Below are positions 1 to 10,154 of a stretch of 56,131 bases of DNA, piece after piece (within the stretch, counting starts at the first letter, position 1; each line of letters begins with the position of its first letter). The notes beneath the pieces are model-generated. The model saw only the letters and a list, made by a program, of their open reading frames with translations, was not told the DNA's origin and ran no database searches. Origin of the DNA: an uncultured Clostridium sp. Its GTDB lineage: Bacteria; Bacillota; Clostridia; TANB77; CAG-508. Location of the stretch: assembly GCA_949467015.1 (NCBI GenBank), contig CASVZF010000005.1, forward strand, positions 1 to 56,131, read 5' to 3'. Both the position numbers and the translations under genes were made by a program.

Positions 1-353
1 TTAATCCTGTATATGAAAAAAAAGGAATTGGATATATAAAAAATCCTGAAAAAGCATTAAAAAATAGTTTATATCATAAAACAACTATTGATATTACAAA
101 AACTTTAAAATCTAATGCTAGTAAAAATGATCATACTACTAATAATTCAATATTAGAAAAAATGAATAATCAACAACATAAAATAGAACAAAAAAATCAA
201 TCATCCAAAATAAAAGAAGATATAAAACTTTCTCCTAAAACAGAAAAAATTATTGCTATCTTTGCATATATCATATCTACTATTATTATTGGTTATATTC
301 TTATTTTGGTTATTTCCTTTGTAATTGGAATTATAAAAGGATTTATTGTTTAA
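1..353 (+). CDS. Partial (5'-truncated) phage lysogeny-module protein with C-terminal TM helix
   Basis: The frame of ORF 162..353 is open back to position 3 (NPVYEKKGIGYIKNPEKALKNSLYHKTTID...). It resembles the 'NPxYGKKGxGxIKNPxKAxxNxxYxKTT' hypothetical protein found next to integrases in Firmicutes prophages, and has a hydrophobic C-terminus. Confidence 0.65.
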   Translation, partial: NPVYEKKGIGYIKNPEKALKNSLYHKTTIDITKTLKSNASKNDHTTNNSILEKMNNQQHKIEQKNQSSKIKEDIKLSPKTEKIIAIFAYIISTIIIGYILILVISFVIGIIKGFIV

Positions 354-360
354 ATAAAAA

Positions 361-403
361 GGATAATGTGTTTAGTATATTTGCCGTACACTACACATTA
401 TCC
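361..403 (+). repeat. Inverted repeat upstream of integrase (GGATAATGTG...CACATTATCC)
   Basis: 10-bp perfect arms; candidate terminator or regulatory hairpin. Confidence 0.55.
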
Positions 404-508
404 AAAGCGAAACCACTATTGAAAGTGATTACTGTATTATAATATCAAATAATACTTTCATTTTCAATAGAAATGGTAAAAAAATTTTATTGAAATGGAG
501 GTTTTTTT

Positions 509-1696
509 ATGGGAACTGCCAAGAAAAGAGGTAATGGCGAAGGAACCATATTCAAAAGAGAAATAAACGGAAAAACATATTGGATTGCAGAATACACTAT
601 TGCAATGTATGATAAAAACGGAAAAAGGAAACGAAAGACTATTTCAGGTAAAACTAGACAAGAAGTAAAAACAAAATTAGAAAAAGTTATTACAGAACTG
701 AATACAGATACTTATGTAGATAAATCAAAAGTAACATTTTATCAAATAGCAAAAGAATTCATTGATACTGGTTATAAAATGAACAAATTAAAACCATCAT
801 CATATAAAAGGAAATTACATACATTACAAGAAATTTCAACACATTATATAGCAGAAATGGAACTACAAAAAATAACCGAAAATGATTTAAAGGATTTCTT
901 TGCTTATATAACTAAATATTCTAATTCTACTATTGCTAAAATATATGGAATTGTTAACCATACTTTTAAAATAGCAGTTAGAAGAAATATATTAAGATAT
1001 AATTTTTTAGATGATCAATTAGAATTCTCTATTCCTTATTCTGATATTAAGGATAAAAAAGTTTCTGCTCTTACTATTGAAGAACAACAACAGTTTATAA
1101 AAGCAATGAAAGAAACAAATTGTAGATATAAATATCAATTTTTAGTAAGTTTATTCACAGGAATGAGAATGGGCGAAATAAATGCATTAGATATTGATGA
1201 TATTGATTTTACTAATAAAATTATTCATATAAGAAGAACTATAACTCGTGGATTAGATGAAAGAGCAATGATAGGAACCTATACAAAAACAATAAATGGT
1301 ACTAGAGATATAATAATGGATAGCCATGTAGAATCTATTTTCAAAGAATATTTGTCATCATCTTATTATCATGAAAATGATATGCATTTATTATTCTGTA
1401 ATTCTAGAAAACAATGTATAAGTACAGATACAACTAATATGATGTTCAAATATATTTGCGAACAATATAACATTGGCAAAGGTTATGAATTACATCAACA
1501 CATGTTAAGACATACTTTTGCAACTAGATGCATTGAAGCAGGAATGCCTGCATCTGTTTTAGCAAAAATAATGGGACACGCAAATGTGTCCACTACACTA
1601 AATGTTTATTGTGATGTTTTTGATAAGTTCAAACAAACTCATATTGATTTATCATACAATTATCTAAAAGAAAATGGCTTAACAATGGATTTTTAA
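509..1696 (+). CDS. int: Tyrosine recombinase / phage integrase
   Basis: N-terminal arm-binding region RGNGEGTIF; catalytic motifs TGMRMGE, HMLRHTFATR, MGHANVSTTLNVY; RBS GGAGG. Confidence 0.95.
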   Translation: MGTAKKRGNGEGTIFKREINGKTYWIAEYTIAMYDKNGKRKRKTISGKTRQEVKTKLEKVITELNTDTYVDKSKVTFYQIAKEFIDTGYKMNKLKPSSYKRKLHTLQEISTHYIAEMELQKITENDLKDFFAYITKYSNSTIAKIYGIVNHTFKIAVRRNILRYNFLDDQLEFSIPYSDIKDKKVSALTIEEQQQFIKAMKETNCRYKYQFLVSLFTGMRMGEINALDIDDIDFTNKIIHIRRTITRGLDERAMIGTYTKTINGTRDIIMDSHVESIFKEYLSSSYYHENDMHLLFCNSRKQCISTDTTNMMFKYICEQYNIGKGYELHQHMLRHTFATRCIEAGMPASVLAKIMGHANVSTTLNVYCDVFDKFKQTHIDLSYNYLKENGLTMDF

Positions 1697-1706
1697 TTAT
1701 AACTTT

Positions 1707-1726
1707 TTTCAGCCACCATTTCAGCC
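1707..1726 (+). repeat. Direct repeat TTTCAGCC x2, candidate integrase arm-type sites
   Basis: TTTCAGCC-acca-TTTCAGCC lies immediately after the int stop, within the presumed att region. Confidence 0.4.
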
Positions 1727-1796
1727 TTGCGAAATAATTTCAACATATTTTGTATTTATTTGAAAATATGATAAAAATGTAAAAGTCTTTAATATG

Positions 1797-1844
1797 TAGG
1801 GTTTGAACTATTTTGAAATCAACTCATAATATGTTCAAATCCTA
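1797..1844. repeat. Imperfect inverted repeat beside the att junction
   Basis: TAGGGTTTGAAC ... GTTCAAATCCTA (11/12 match). Confidence 0.45.
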
Positions 1845-1847
1845 TTA

Positions 1848-1916
1848 TTATGCCTGCTTTTGCCAACCATTAAATTCTTTTCCATCATATTCTATTACTA
1901 ATTTTATATTCCTCAT
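1848..1916 (-). pseudogene. truA: 5' fragment of tRNA pseudouridine(38-40) synthase, interrupted by the element
   Basis: Translates to MRNIKLVIEYDGKEFNGWQKQA*, the signature TruA N-terminus (YDGxxFxGWQxQ), with RBS AAGGA. It stops abruptly at the element boundary. Confidence 0.88.
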
Positions 1917-1989
1917 AACTTTTATTCCTTCTAATATAAGTATTGATTTTTCCTTTTAAATCATTTATAAAAGTCGCAAAAACGCGACT

Positions 1990-2925
1990 TTAATTATTAT
2001 TATCTTCTTTTTTTATTTTGCTTTCTTTTTTTAACTTTTCTTTCCAATCTTTAAATTTGAATCTACTCTCTTTTCGTTCTGCCGTAAATCTTTTCGTTAC
2101 AACATTGCTAATTAAAATTTTCTTTAAGACATCTTCTCTAACATCTGCAATTAAAGTTCCATCTTTTGCTACAGACATCTTACCAGTTTCTTCTGAAACA
2201 ACAACCACTATGGCATCAGACTCTTTTGAAATTCCAATTGCCGCTCTATGTCTTGTTCCTAGTTCTTTTGATATATCTTTATCATCAGCTAATGGTAACA
2301 CACAAGCTGAGGCTGCAATTTTATTTCCCGATATAACCACCGCCCCATCATGTAAAGGCGTCTTTGGTTCAAAAATGTTTACTAATAATTGTGGTGAAAC
2401 TTCTGCATCCATTGGTATTCCTGTTGCAATAATATCCTGAATTTTAATATCTCTTTCTAAAACAATTAAAGCTCCTGTTTTGGTTTTAGATAATTCTGTT
2501 GCTGCAATTACGACTTTATATATATCTTCTTTTGTCCTGGTTTCCAAATTTTTATCAATTCCAAAAAATTTTGTTATCTTGTTGGTCCCTAACTGTTCTA
2601 ATGCTCTCCTTAGTTCTGGTTGAAAAATAACAATAACGGCAATGACTCCTACATTCATAATACCTGTTAAAATCCAGTTCAAAATTTTCAAATTTAATAG
2701 ACCACTCCCCCATGTTGCAATAATTAAAAGTGCTATTCCTTTTATTAATTGCCACGCTCTAGAACCCTTAACAATTCTAAAAAAACAATATAATAGAAAT
2801 ATCACAAAAGCTAAATCTATTATTAAAGTAATCAATTCAAACGGATTTGTTTGTAACGATTTTATATATTCTACAATATTATCTTTATAAAAACTCTCCC
2901 AATTCATTCCTAAATCAATTATCAT
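1990..2925 (-). CDS. cdaA: Diadenylate cyclase CdaA/DacA
   Basis: Three N-terminal TM helices; DisA_N motifs PLHDGAV and GTRHRAA. Confidence 0.95.
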   Translation of the reverse strand: MIIDLGMNWESFYKDNIVEYIKSLQTNPFELITLIIDLAFVIFLLYCFFRIVKGSRAWQLIKGIALLIIATWGSGLLNLKILNWILTGIMNVGVIAVIVIFQPELRRALEQLGTNKITKFFGIDKNLETRTKEDIYKVVIAATELSKTKTGALIVLERDIKIQDIIATGIPMDAEVSPQLLVNIFEPKTPLHDGAVVISGNKIAASACVLPLADDKDISKELGTRHRAAIGISKESDAIVVVVSEETGKMSVAKDGTLIADVREDVLKKILISNVVTKRFTAERKESRFKFKDWKEKLKKESKIKKEDNNN

Positions 2926-2943
2926 ATATTTCTCCTATTCTTT

Positions 2944-3072
2944 TTATATCAATGCATAAATAAGGGTACCTACTGTTCCTATTACCATTAACAATGCTAA
3001 AAAACCAGCCATTATTTTCACAAATATTTGACCTGCATCATATCTATGCTTTTTTTCTTCTCTATTTTTCAT
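2944..3072 (-). CDS. 42-aa single-TM small protein (DUF4044-like)
   Basis: Not in the ORF track. MKNREEKKHRYDAGQIFVKIMAGFLALLMVIGTVGTLIYALI*, with upstream AAGGAAAG and co-oriented with cdaA. Confidence 0.7.
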   Translation of the reverse strand: MKNREEKKHRYDAGQIFVKIMAGFLALLMVIGTVGTLIYALI

Positions 3073-3249
3073 CTTAATTTTCTTTCCTTTCTGCTTATAT
3101 CTAATAAATATTATAGCATATTATAAGATTTTTTCAATTATTTTGCTTTATTTTCCATAACTTTCTATTACTATTCATATATATTTTTTCTATCAACATT
3201 TATATTATCCATTTAAAAAATAGCCTGAACAGTAGCAACTTTCTTATTC

Positions 3250-3876
3250 CTATATAAAATTTTTCGTAAATGTTTTTCTATGAATCGGACAAAGTCCATA
3301 TTCTTTTATCGCAGCAATATGCTTTGCTGTTCCATATCCTTTATGAGATATAAAACCATATTGTGGATAAACTTCATCCCATTCTCTCATGATTCTATCT
3401 CTTGTTACTTTTGCTAAAATAGAAGCTGCTGCTATATTATAACATTTTGCATCCCCTTTAATAATTGATTCATATGGAATCCCTCTTGTATTAATATGTG
3501 TTAACGCATCCACAATAATTAAATCTGGCTTTACCTCTAGTTCATCTACTACTTTTGTTACTCCTGATTTTGTAGCATTTAGAATATTAATATCATCAAT
3601 TACATCCTGTCCAATGATAGCAACAGAATAACTAATAGCTTCTTCTATAATTAAATCATATAATTTTTCTCTCTTTTTTTCAGAAACTTTTTTAGAATCA
3701 TTTATTCCTTCTATCATGGAATTCTGAGGCATAATTACTCCTGCTACTACCACTGGTCCTGCTAAAGGTCCTCTTCCTGCTTCATCAATTCCACATATAC
3801 TTTTCAATCCTTTATGATATAAATCTTTTTCTATCTCTTTTAATTTTGTTAATCTTTCTAGTTCTTTTTCTTTCAT
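3250..3876 (-). CDS. rnhB: Ribonuclease HII
   Basis: GIDEAGRGPLAGPVV, DSKK, IIKGDAK, AAASILAKVTRD, HKGYGT. Confidence 0.97.
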   Translation of the reverse strand: MKEKELERLTKLKEIEKDLYHKGLKSICGIDEAGRGPLAGPVVVAGVIMPQNSMIEGINDSKKVSEKKREKLYDLIIEEAISYSVAIIGQDVIDDINILNATKSGVTKVVDELEVKPDLIIVDALTHINTRGIPYESIIKGDAKCYNIAAASILAKVTRDRIMREWDEVYPQYGFISHKGYGTAKHIAAIKEYGLCPIHRKTFTKNFI

Positions 3877-3893
3877 TCTATTCCTTCTTCAAT

Positions 3894-4427
3894 TTATTCT
3901 TTTATTTCTTCTATATCTGTTAATGAATATTTTCCATTATATCCCTTGGTATGATATATTTCAACTTGTGCCTTTTTAATATCATATTCTACTATATATT
4001 CTCCATTTTGCGTACTTGATTTCACATCAGAAAGTCCTATTTCTTTTAACTGCTCTTCTGTTAATTTATAATAATAGATATAATTTCCTTCATCCTCTTC
4101 TTTTTCCCTTATGATATCACTGATATCTGACTTTTCTATTTCCTCACCCTTTAGTTCAGCTTTTGCTTTACCAATTCTATCGTCTCGTTCAGTTTCTTGT
4201 GCATCATCAATTTTGGTTCCTAATTTAAAATTCGCATTTTCTACATACTCTTTTGCTTTTGCTTGAATTAGTAACATATTCGTTTTTAATTCTTCTAATT
4301 TTGCCTTTTTTATTGTTCCTGTTCCACTATATATTCCTATTCCCGCAATAATTAATAATACAATAATAGTAATTACTAACGTAACCATTGTAATCCCTTT
4401 ATTTTCTCTTGCTTTCATATTGATCAT
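3894..4427 (-). CDS. Type IV pilin-like / prepilin-type protein
   Basis: Basic leader, then KG|ITMVTLVITIIVLLIIAGI hydrophobic helix (class III-like signal lacking Glu5). Confidence 0.75.
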   Translation of the reverse strand: MINMKARENKGITMVTLVITIIVLLIIAGIGIYSGTGTIKKAKLEELKTNMLLIQAKAKEYVENANFKLGTKIDDAQETERDDRIGKAKAELKGEEIEKSDISDIIREKEEDEGNYIYYYKLTEEQLKEIGLSDVKSSTQNGEYIVEYDIKKAQVEIYHTKGYNGKYSLTDIEEIKE

Positions 4428-4518
4428 CCTTTTCTTTTTATTTTACCTAATTATATATTTTTAGACATTTTTTTTCAATAGCAAACAAGAATAAAATCAC
4501 TTAACTTTTTTATTTTTT

Positions 4519-4550
4519 TTCACAAAATATTCACAAACCTATTGTATGAT
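4519..4550 (+). promoter_or_regulatory. TTCACAA-N4-TTCACAA direct repeat (OmpR/CssR-type box) plus -10 upstream of htrA
   Basis: Repeat with an 11-bp period at the -35 position, followed by TG-TATGAT. Confidence 0.55.
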
Positions 4551-4603
4551 ATATCTAAAATAAGATAATATATTATTAATCTATATTTTTAGGAGGTTTA
4601 AAA

Positions 4604-5857
4604 ATGGAAGAAAAAAGTAAACAAGAAAAATCAAGTAATTTCCAAACAGTTCAAAATCCAAATAATGCGAAAACAGTTTACGAGTCTAAAAATGAAAATA
4701 AAGCAAAATTAGGATTTGGGAAAGGAGTTCTTATACCTTTTATAAGTGGAGTATTAGGATGTAGTGTAGTAATAGGTGCTTGTTTTGGGATACCATCAAT
4801 TAGAGATAATTTATTAGGAAAAACTATCGATTCTTCTTCTAATACGATAAATAGTGGCTATGTAACTCAAACTTCGCTATCGAATTATTCTGATACCGCA
4901 GTATATGCAGCCAATAAAATCTTACCTTCTATTGTTGGTATCAAAGTTGAATATAATGTTAGTTCTATGATTTCTATATTTGGAAATCAATCTCAAACTT
5001 CAACAGCAACTGCTAGTGGATCTGGCATCATTATAAGCGAAGATGGCTATATTTTAACGAATAATCATATTGTTTCTACTTCTTCTTCAGAATCTTATTA
5101 TGAGGTTTCTGAAGCAACAAAAGTAACGGTAACATTATTTAATGATGAAACAGAATATGAAGCTAAGATTGTTGGAATGGATGATCAAACCGATTTAGCC
5201 GTAATCAAAATTGATAAAACTGGATTATCCAAAGCAGAATTTGCTGACTCCGATAATATAAAAGTTGGTGAATTTGCCATGGCTGTTGGAAATCCACTAG
5301 GCATGCAAAGTAGTATTACTTGTGGTGTAATTAGTGCTGTTAATCGAGAAGTTACCGATTCAGATGGAAAGAAATTCACTTTAATTCAAACAGATGCTGC
5401 TATTAATTCTGGTAACAGTGGTGGTGCTTTAGTAAATAGTGAAGGAAAAGTAATTGGAATTAATACCTTAAAGCTTTCTGGTACAGGAATCGAAGGAATG
5501 GGATTTGCTATTCCAATTAATTCAACAACTGATATTACTTCTCAACTAATTCAATATAGTAAAGTAAAAAGACCTTATATTGGAATTTCTGGTATGGATC
5601 TAGATGAACAAACAGCCAAAAAATACAATTTAGTAGCAGGTGTTTATGTGAAATCAGTTGAGGATTTCTCAGCAGCTGAAAAAGCTGGTATGAAAGCCGG
5701 AGATGTTATTATTGAAGCAGAAGGTAAAAAAATCTCAAAGATGGATGAATTAAATGAAATCAAAAATTCTCATAATATTGGTGATGAATTAAAAATTAAA
5801 GTAAATCGTAATGGACAAGAAAAAGAATTAACCGTTACTTTAGGAGAACAACCATAA
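4604..5857 (+). CDS. htrA: HtrA/DegP serine protease with PDZ domain
   Basis: TM anchor, LTNNHIV, DLAVIK, QTDAAINSGNSGG, C-terminal PDZ. Confidence 0.95.
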   Translation: MEEKSKQEKSSNFQTVQNPNNAKTVYESKNENKAKLGFGKGVLIPFISGVLGCSVVIGACFGIPSIRDNLLGKTIDSSSNTINSGYVTQTSLSNYSDTAVYAANKILPSIVGIKVEYNVSSMISIFGNQSQTSTATASGSGIIISEDGYILTNNHIVSTSSSESYYEVSEATKVTVTLFNDETEYEAKIVGMDDQTDLAVIKIDKTGLSKAEFADSDNIKVGEFAMAVGNPLGMQSSITCGVISAVNREVTDSDGKKFTLIQTDAAINSGNSGGALVNSEGKVIGINTLKLSGTGIEGMGFAIPINSTTDITSQLIQYSKVKRPYIGISGMDLDEQTAKKYNLVAGVYVKSVEDFSAAEKAGMKAGDVIIEAEGKKISKMDELNEIKNSHNIGDELKIKVNRNGQEKELTVTLGEQP

Positions 5858-5969
5858 ATTTTTTAACTTTTCACTTTTCATTCACAGAATGGACAAAATT
5901 AATTGTTAGAATACAAATATGATCAGTAGAGATACTGATTTGAAATTAAAAACATCCCCTTTTATTTTC

Positions 5970-6012
5970 AAAAAAGAAAACGATATCGTTTTAACGATAC
6001 CGTTTTCTTTTT
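5970..6012. terminator. Bidirectional intrinsic terminator
   Basis: AAAAGAAAACGATATCG-loop-CGATACCGTTTTCTTTT between convergent genes. Confidence 0.7.
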
Positions 6013-6875
6013 TATATTATAATTAAATCCATCTCACTTGTATTTGAATCATTTCCATAGGCATATATAATATATAGTACATTCTCTGTGATATAAAATT
6101 CAGTTGTATTTTCAATTTTATAAAAATCGCTTGTTGTATCTCTACTATAAATATTGTATCCTAATTGTTTTAAGTCCTCTACTTTCTTTTGTTCCATCTC
6201 TATTTCAGAATTAATTTGTTCTTGAATCTCTTGTTCTTCTAGTTGTTCAAATCTTAATAAATCACTTAGTACTACTTCTTTATTATTTCTTAAATCATAG
6301 TGATAAGTTTTTATAATAACTTTCTGAGCATCTGTTCCTTCTTTAAAGTTCGAGTGAATCATGACAGATAAGATTCCATCTTGTACGTTTGCTGTATATT
6401 CAACTGTATATATAACATTTCTATTTTCACTTTGTAATACTTTTCTTGCCATATTAGCAAATACATCTTCTATTTCTTTATTGTATCCATCTACAATTTC
6501 ACTTTCTATATTAATATGTGGAATATGAATTTCTAAATCATAACTATTCACTTTGCTTTCTTTTTTCTCATATTGTGTATATACTAAATCTTTATCCGTA
6601 TCAACTTTTTTACCATTATTTTGTCCTTCATTATTTTCTATGGCATTATTAAAAATTTTCAAAAAATCCGTTTTTAATTGTTCCTTTTCTTCTTCTGTCT
6701 TATTTCCAAACCTTACTTCTTGATTAATTCCAACTAATTTAGCTATATCAATTCTTGCATAAAATTGCACATAAAATGCAATCAATAAAGAAATAACGCA
6801 AAAAATAATGATTGCTCCATAAATTATAATATATTTTCTTTTTAATTTTTCTTTTTCTGGTAACGTTACGTTCAT
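6012..6875 (-). CDS. Membrane-anchored hypothetical protein (PdaC/RsiV DUF4163-DUF3298-like)
   Basis: Likely start MNVTLPE at 6875 (GAGG RBS); one TM helix; 'IHIPHINI', 'TYHYDL' and 'EFYITENVLYIIY' segments. Confidence 0.6.
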   Translation of the reverse strand: MNVTLPEKEKLKRKYIIIYGAIIIFCVISLLIAFYVQFYARIDIAKLVGINQEVRFGNKTEEEKEQLKTDFLKIFNNAIENNEGQNNGKKVDTDKDLVYTQYEKKESKVNSYDLEIHIPHINIESEIVDGYNKEIEDVFANMARKVLQSENRNVIYTVEYTANVQDGILSVMIHSNFKEGTDAQKVIIKTYHYDLRNNKEVVLSDLLRFEQLEEQEIQEQINSEIEMEQKKVEDLKQLGYNIYSRDTTSDFYKIENTTEFYITENVLYIIYAYGNDSNTSEMDLIII

Positions 6876-7039
6876 TTTTAAACCTCTTATTTTATACTCT
6901 ACTGTTTTGATTATAACATTTCCACTATAATTTATCAACACTAATTTTATATGAATATTCAAGTAAATTATTGACTATTCTTATTTTTTGCGATATTATA
7001 TTATAGATTTAATTTAATTAGAAATGAGGAATTTAAAGT

Positions 7040-9409
7040 ATGTTATGTTCAGAATGTAATAAAAATCCAGCAATACTTTTTTATAAAAAAATAGAAAATG
7101 GAAAAGAGTCTATGGAAGGCTATTGTTATGAATGTGCCAAGAAAAAAGGTATCAATCCGACAGAAGTTTTAGCCAATCAAAACGACATTCTTTCAAAAGA
7201 TAAAATAAATATTAATGATATGACAAAACAATTTGAAACAATCTTCAAAGATTTAGCTGAAAATATAAATTTAGAAGATATCGAGAACATGGAAGGTGCG
7301 ATTACCTTTGAAAGTCAAGATGAAAATATGGATGATAATGAACCACATAAAATAGCAGGAGCTGCTATTCCATTAGGTTCTATTTTCTCTAATATGTTTC
7401 AAAATAAATCTTCTAGAGAAGAATCAGAAGAACAAGAAGAGTCAAGTAATAGTCGAAAAAAAGTAAAAGTTGAAAAAAAGAAAAATAAAAAACAAAATAA
7501 AAAGAAGAAATTTTTAGATACCTATGGCGCGAATCTAACAGATAAAGCTAAAAATAACCAATTGGATATGGTAATTGGAAGAGAAAAAGAGATTCAAAGA
7601 ATTGTACAAATTTTAAATAGACGTTCTAAAAATAACCCTTGCCTAATTGGTGAACCTGGTGTTGGTAAAACAGCAATCGCTCAAGGCTTAGCCATTAGGA
7701 TAGCAGCGCAAAATGTCCCTGCTAAACTTTTAAATAAGGAAGTTTACTTACTTGATATGACTGCCGTTATTGCAGGTACACAATTTAGAGGTCAATTCGA
7801 ATCTAGAATGAAAGGCATTATTGATGAATGCAAAGAATATGGAAATATCATTTTAGTTATTGATGAAATTCATAACATTATAGGAGCAGGTGATGGAGAA
7901 CATTCTATGAACGCTGCTAATATATTAAAACCTGCTTTATCAAATGGAGAAATCCAACTAATTGGTACAACAACTCTAAAAGAGTATAGAAAATATATTG
8001 AAAAAGATTCTGCTTTAGAAAGAAGATTTCAACAAGTTTTAGTAGAAGAACCAAACATTGATGACTCAATTGGGATTCTAGAAGGAATTAAAAAATATTA
8101 TGAAGAATATCATAAAGTAAAAATATCCTCTGATATTATTCGTCAAGCTGTTGTCATGTCGGAAAAATATATTCACGATAGATTTTTACCGGATAAAGCA
8201 ATTGATATTTTAGATGAAGCATGTTCTCGAATTAACTTAGAAAATAAAGATTTATATAAATTAGAAACCTTAAAACAAGAACTATTACAAGTACAAACTG
8301 AAAAAGAAGAAGTCGTAGCTGCCGATTCAACCGAAGACTATCAAAGAGCAGCTGACTTAAAAACTCGTGAATGTCAATTAATTGAAGAAATTGATAAACT
8401 AAATGAAAAAATGAAACCAAAACAATTGACCACACAAGATATTGCCAACGTAATTGAAAGCTGGACTAAAATTCCTGTAAAGAAAATAACAGAAGCTGAA
8501 ACTTTAAAATTATTAAATTTAGAAACCAATCTTCATAAAAGAATTATTGGTCAAAATGAAGCTGTTAGTAGTGTTGCAAGAGCAATTAGAAGAAATCGTG
8601 CTGGATTACAAACCACAAAAAGGCCACCTTCTTTTATCTTTGTTGGTCCAACTGGTGTTGGTAAAACGGAACTTGCTAAAAGTTTAGCTTATGAAATGTT
8701 TGGAAGCGAAGATGCTATTATTCGAATTGATATGTCAGAATATATGGAAAGTCACTCAACTTCTAAATTAATTGGTGCACCTCCTGGATATGTCGGATAC
8801 GATGATGCAGGTCAATTAACAGATAAAGTAAAAAGAAAACCATATTCCATTATTTTACTAGATGAAATTGAAAAAGCACATCCAGATGTATTTAATATCC
8901 TATTACAAGTGTTAGATGATGGTAAATTAACAGACAGTCAAGGAAACACAGTAAGTTTCTCCAATACTATTATTATTATGACATCTAATGCTGGTTCAAA
9001 TACAAATACCAATGCAATCGGTTTTGGAAAACAAACCGTTGACAAAAACAAATTAATGGATAGCCTAAAAGAGGTATTTAGACCTGAATTTCTGAATCGA
9101 GTTGATGAGATTGTAAGCTTTGATTCTCTAAGTAAAGATCAACTTCTACAAATTGTAGACTTAATGCTAAAAAATACGATAGAAGCTTTAAAGGAAAAAG
9201 ATATAAAAATGGATATTACAAAAGAAGCAAAAAATTATATTTTAGAAAAAGGAACCGATATAAAATTTGGTGCAAGACCTCTAAGAAGAGCTATCCAAAG
9301 GCATATTGAAGATGAACTATCTGAAATGATCTTACGAGGAGAACTTTTAGATGGTCAAACTGTAAAAATAGATTTTAAAAATGATAAACTAAAATTTGAA
9401 GTTAAATAG
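7040..9409 (+). CDS. clpE: ATP-dependent Clp protease ATP-binding subunit (ClpE/ClpC type, N-terminal Zn finger)
   Basis: CxxC...CxxC N-terminus, two Walker A motifs (GEPGVGKT, GPTGVGKT), UVR-like middle region, IGF loop, GARPLRR. Confidence 0.85.
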   Translation: MLCSECNKNPAILFYKKIENGKESMEGYCYECAKKKGINPTEVLANQNDILSKDKININDMTKQFETIFKDLAENINLEDIENMEGAITFESQDENMDDNEPHKIAGAAIPLGSIFSNMFQNKSSREESEEQEESSNSRKKVKVEKKKNKKQNKKKKFLDTYGANLTDKAKNNQLDMVIGREKEIQRIVQILNRRSKNNPCLIGEPGVGKTAIAQGLAIRIAAQNVPAKLLNKEVYLLDMTAVIAGTQFRGQFESRMKGIIDECKEYGNIILVIDEIHNIIGAGDGEHSMNAANILKPALSNGEIQLIGTTTLKEYRKYIEKDSALERRFQQVLVEEPNIDDSIGILEGIKKYYEEYHKVKISSDIIRQAVVMSEKYIHDRFLPDKAIDILDEACSRINLENKDLYKLETLKQELLQVQTEKEEVVAADSTEDYQRAADLKTRECQLIEEIDKLNEKMKPKQLTTQDIANVIESWTKIPVKKITEAETLKLLNLETNLHKRIIGQNEAVSSVARAIRRNRAGLQTTKRPPSFIFVGPTGVGKTELAKSLAYEMFGSEDAIIRIDMSEYMESHSTSKLIGAPPGYVGYDDAGQLTDKVKRKPYSIILLDEIEKAHPDVFNILLQVLDDGKLTDSQGNTVSFSNTIIIMTSNAGSNTNTNAIGFGKQTVDKNKLMDSLKEVFRPEFLNRVDEIVSFDSLSKDQLLQIVDLMLKNTIEALKEKDIKMDITKEAKNYILEKGTDIKFGARPLRRAIQRHIEDELSEMILRGELLDGQTVKIDFKNDKLKFEVK

Positions 9410-9418
9410 GAGAAAATT

Positions 9419-10012
9419 ATGTTAAAACATATACCTAATGCGTTAACCATTATGCGATTTTTATTTATACCTTTCATATTATTTTATATTTTTACTGGTA
9501 ACTATATATTAGCATTTATCTTTTTCACAATTTCTGGTTTAACAGATATTGCTGATGGTTTTATTGCACGAAAATTTAATTTAATATCTAATTTTGGAAA
9601 ATTGATGGATCCACTTGCTGACAAATTGACACAGATATCAACTCTTACTTCGTTAGTCATTACAGATATTATTCCACTTTGGATTCTAATTATTGTTTTA
9701 TTAAAAGAATTCATTATGATAGTTGGTGCTTCTTTCCTTTACGGAAAAGACGTTGTCGTTTACAGTAAGTGGTATGGCAAACTTGCTACTGTTTTATTTT
9801 ATGTAGCAATTGTCTTCTCACTTCTTTCTAAACAATTCTCGCTAACTGGTATTTGGAGTGAATTAGATTTTATTTTATATTGTATTGCTTTAATAACTAC
9901 TGTTTTTGCACTCATTATGTATGTAAAAGATTTATACCAAAAAGGATTTATTGACAAACAAGATTTAAAGAAAGAAGTTACTGTAGATAAAAAGGAAAAG
10001 AGCAAAAAATGA
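9419..10012 (+). CDS. pgsA: CDP-alcohol phosphatidyltransferase (PgsA family)
   Basis: IPNALT.R and DIADGFIARK...FGKLMDPLADK motif. Confidence 0.85.
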   Translation: MLKHIPNALTIMRFLFIPFILFYIFTGNYILAFIFFTISGLTDIADGFIARKFNLISNFGKLMDPLADKLTQISTLTSLVITDIIPLWILIIVLLKEFIMIVGASFLYGKDVVVYSKWYGKLATVLFYVAIVFSLLSKQFSLTGIWSELDFILYCIALITTVFALIMYVKDLYQKGFIDKQDLKKEVTVDKKEKSKK

Positions 10013-10058
10013 AATAAAGGAAATCTTGGCTCAAAGTGAGTCGAGGTTTCCTTTATTT
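10013..10058. terminator. Intrinsic terminator
   Basis: AAATAAAGGAAATCTTGGCTCA / TGAGTCGAGGTTTCCTTTATTT stem. Confidence 0.7.
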
Positions 10059-10154
10059 TCTTAAATTTATTAAAGTATTTCGGCATGTAAACATTCCATG
10101 CCTTTTGTTTGATTTTCTACAAATGTTGATGCTTTCATAGTTTTAGCAAATGCT

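Larger units (their letters stand above)
1..1870. mobile_element. Right end of a prophage/integrative element inserted in truA
   Basis: Phage-type gene plus integrase, followed by a non-coding att region and an interrupted truA 5' end. Confidence 0.8.

Noticed and set aside
1825-1847. GTTCAAATCC resembling a tRNA T-loop next to the integrase
   Set aside because: No acceptor, D or anticodon arms can be built around it. It is one arm of an inverted repeat, and the insertion target is better explained by truA.
1848-9320. AGG as a second frameshift-prone codon
   Set aside because: In-frame AGG occurs without loss of frame in intact genes (e.g. clpE ATT-AGG-ATA and AAA-AGG-CCA, the integrase, truA codon 2).
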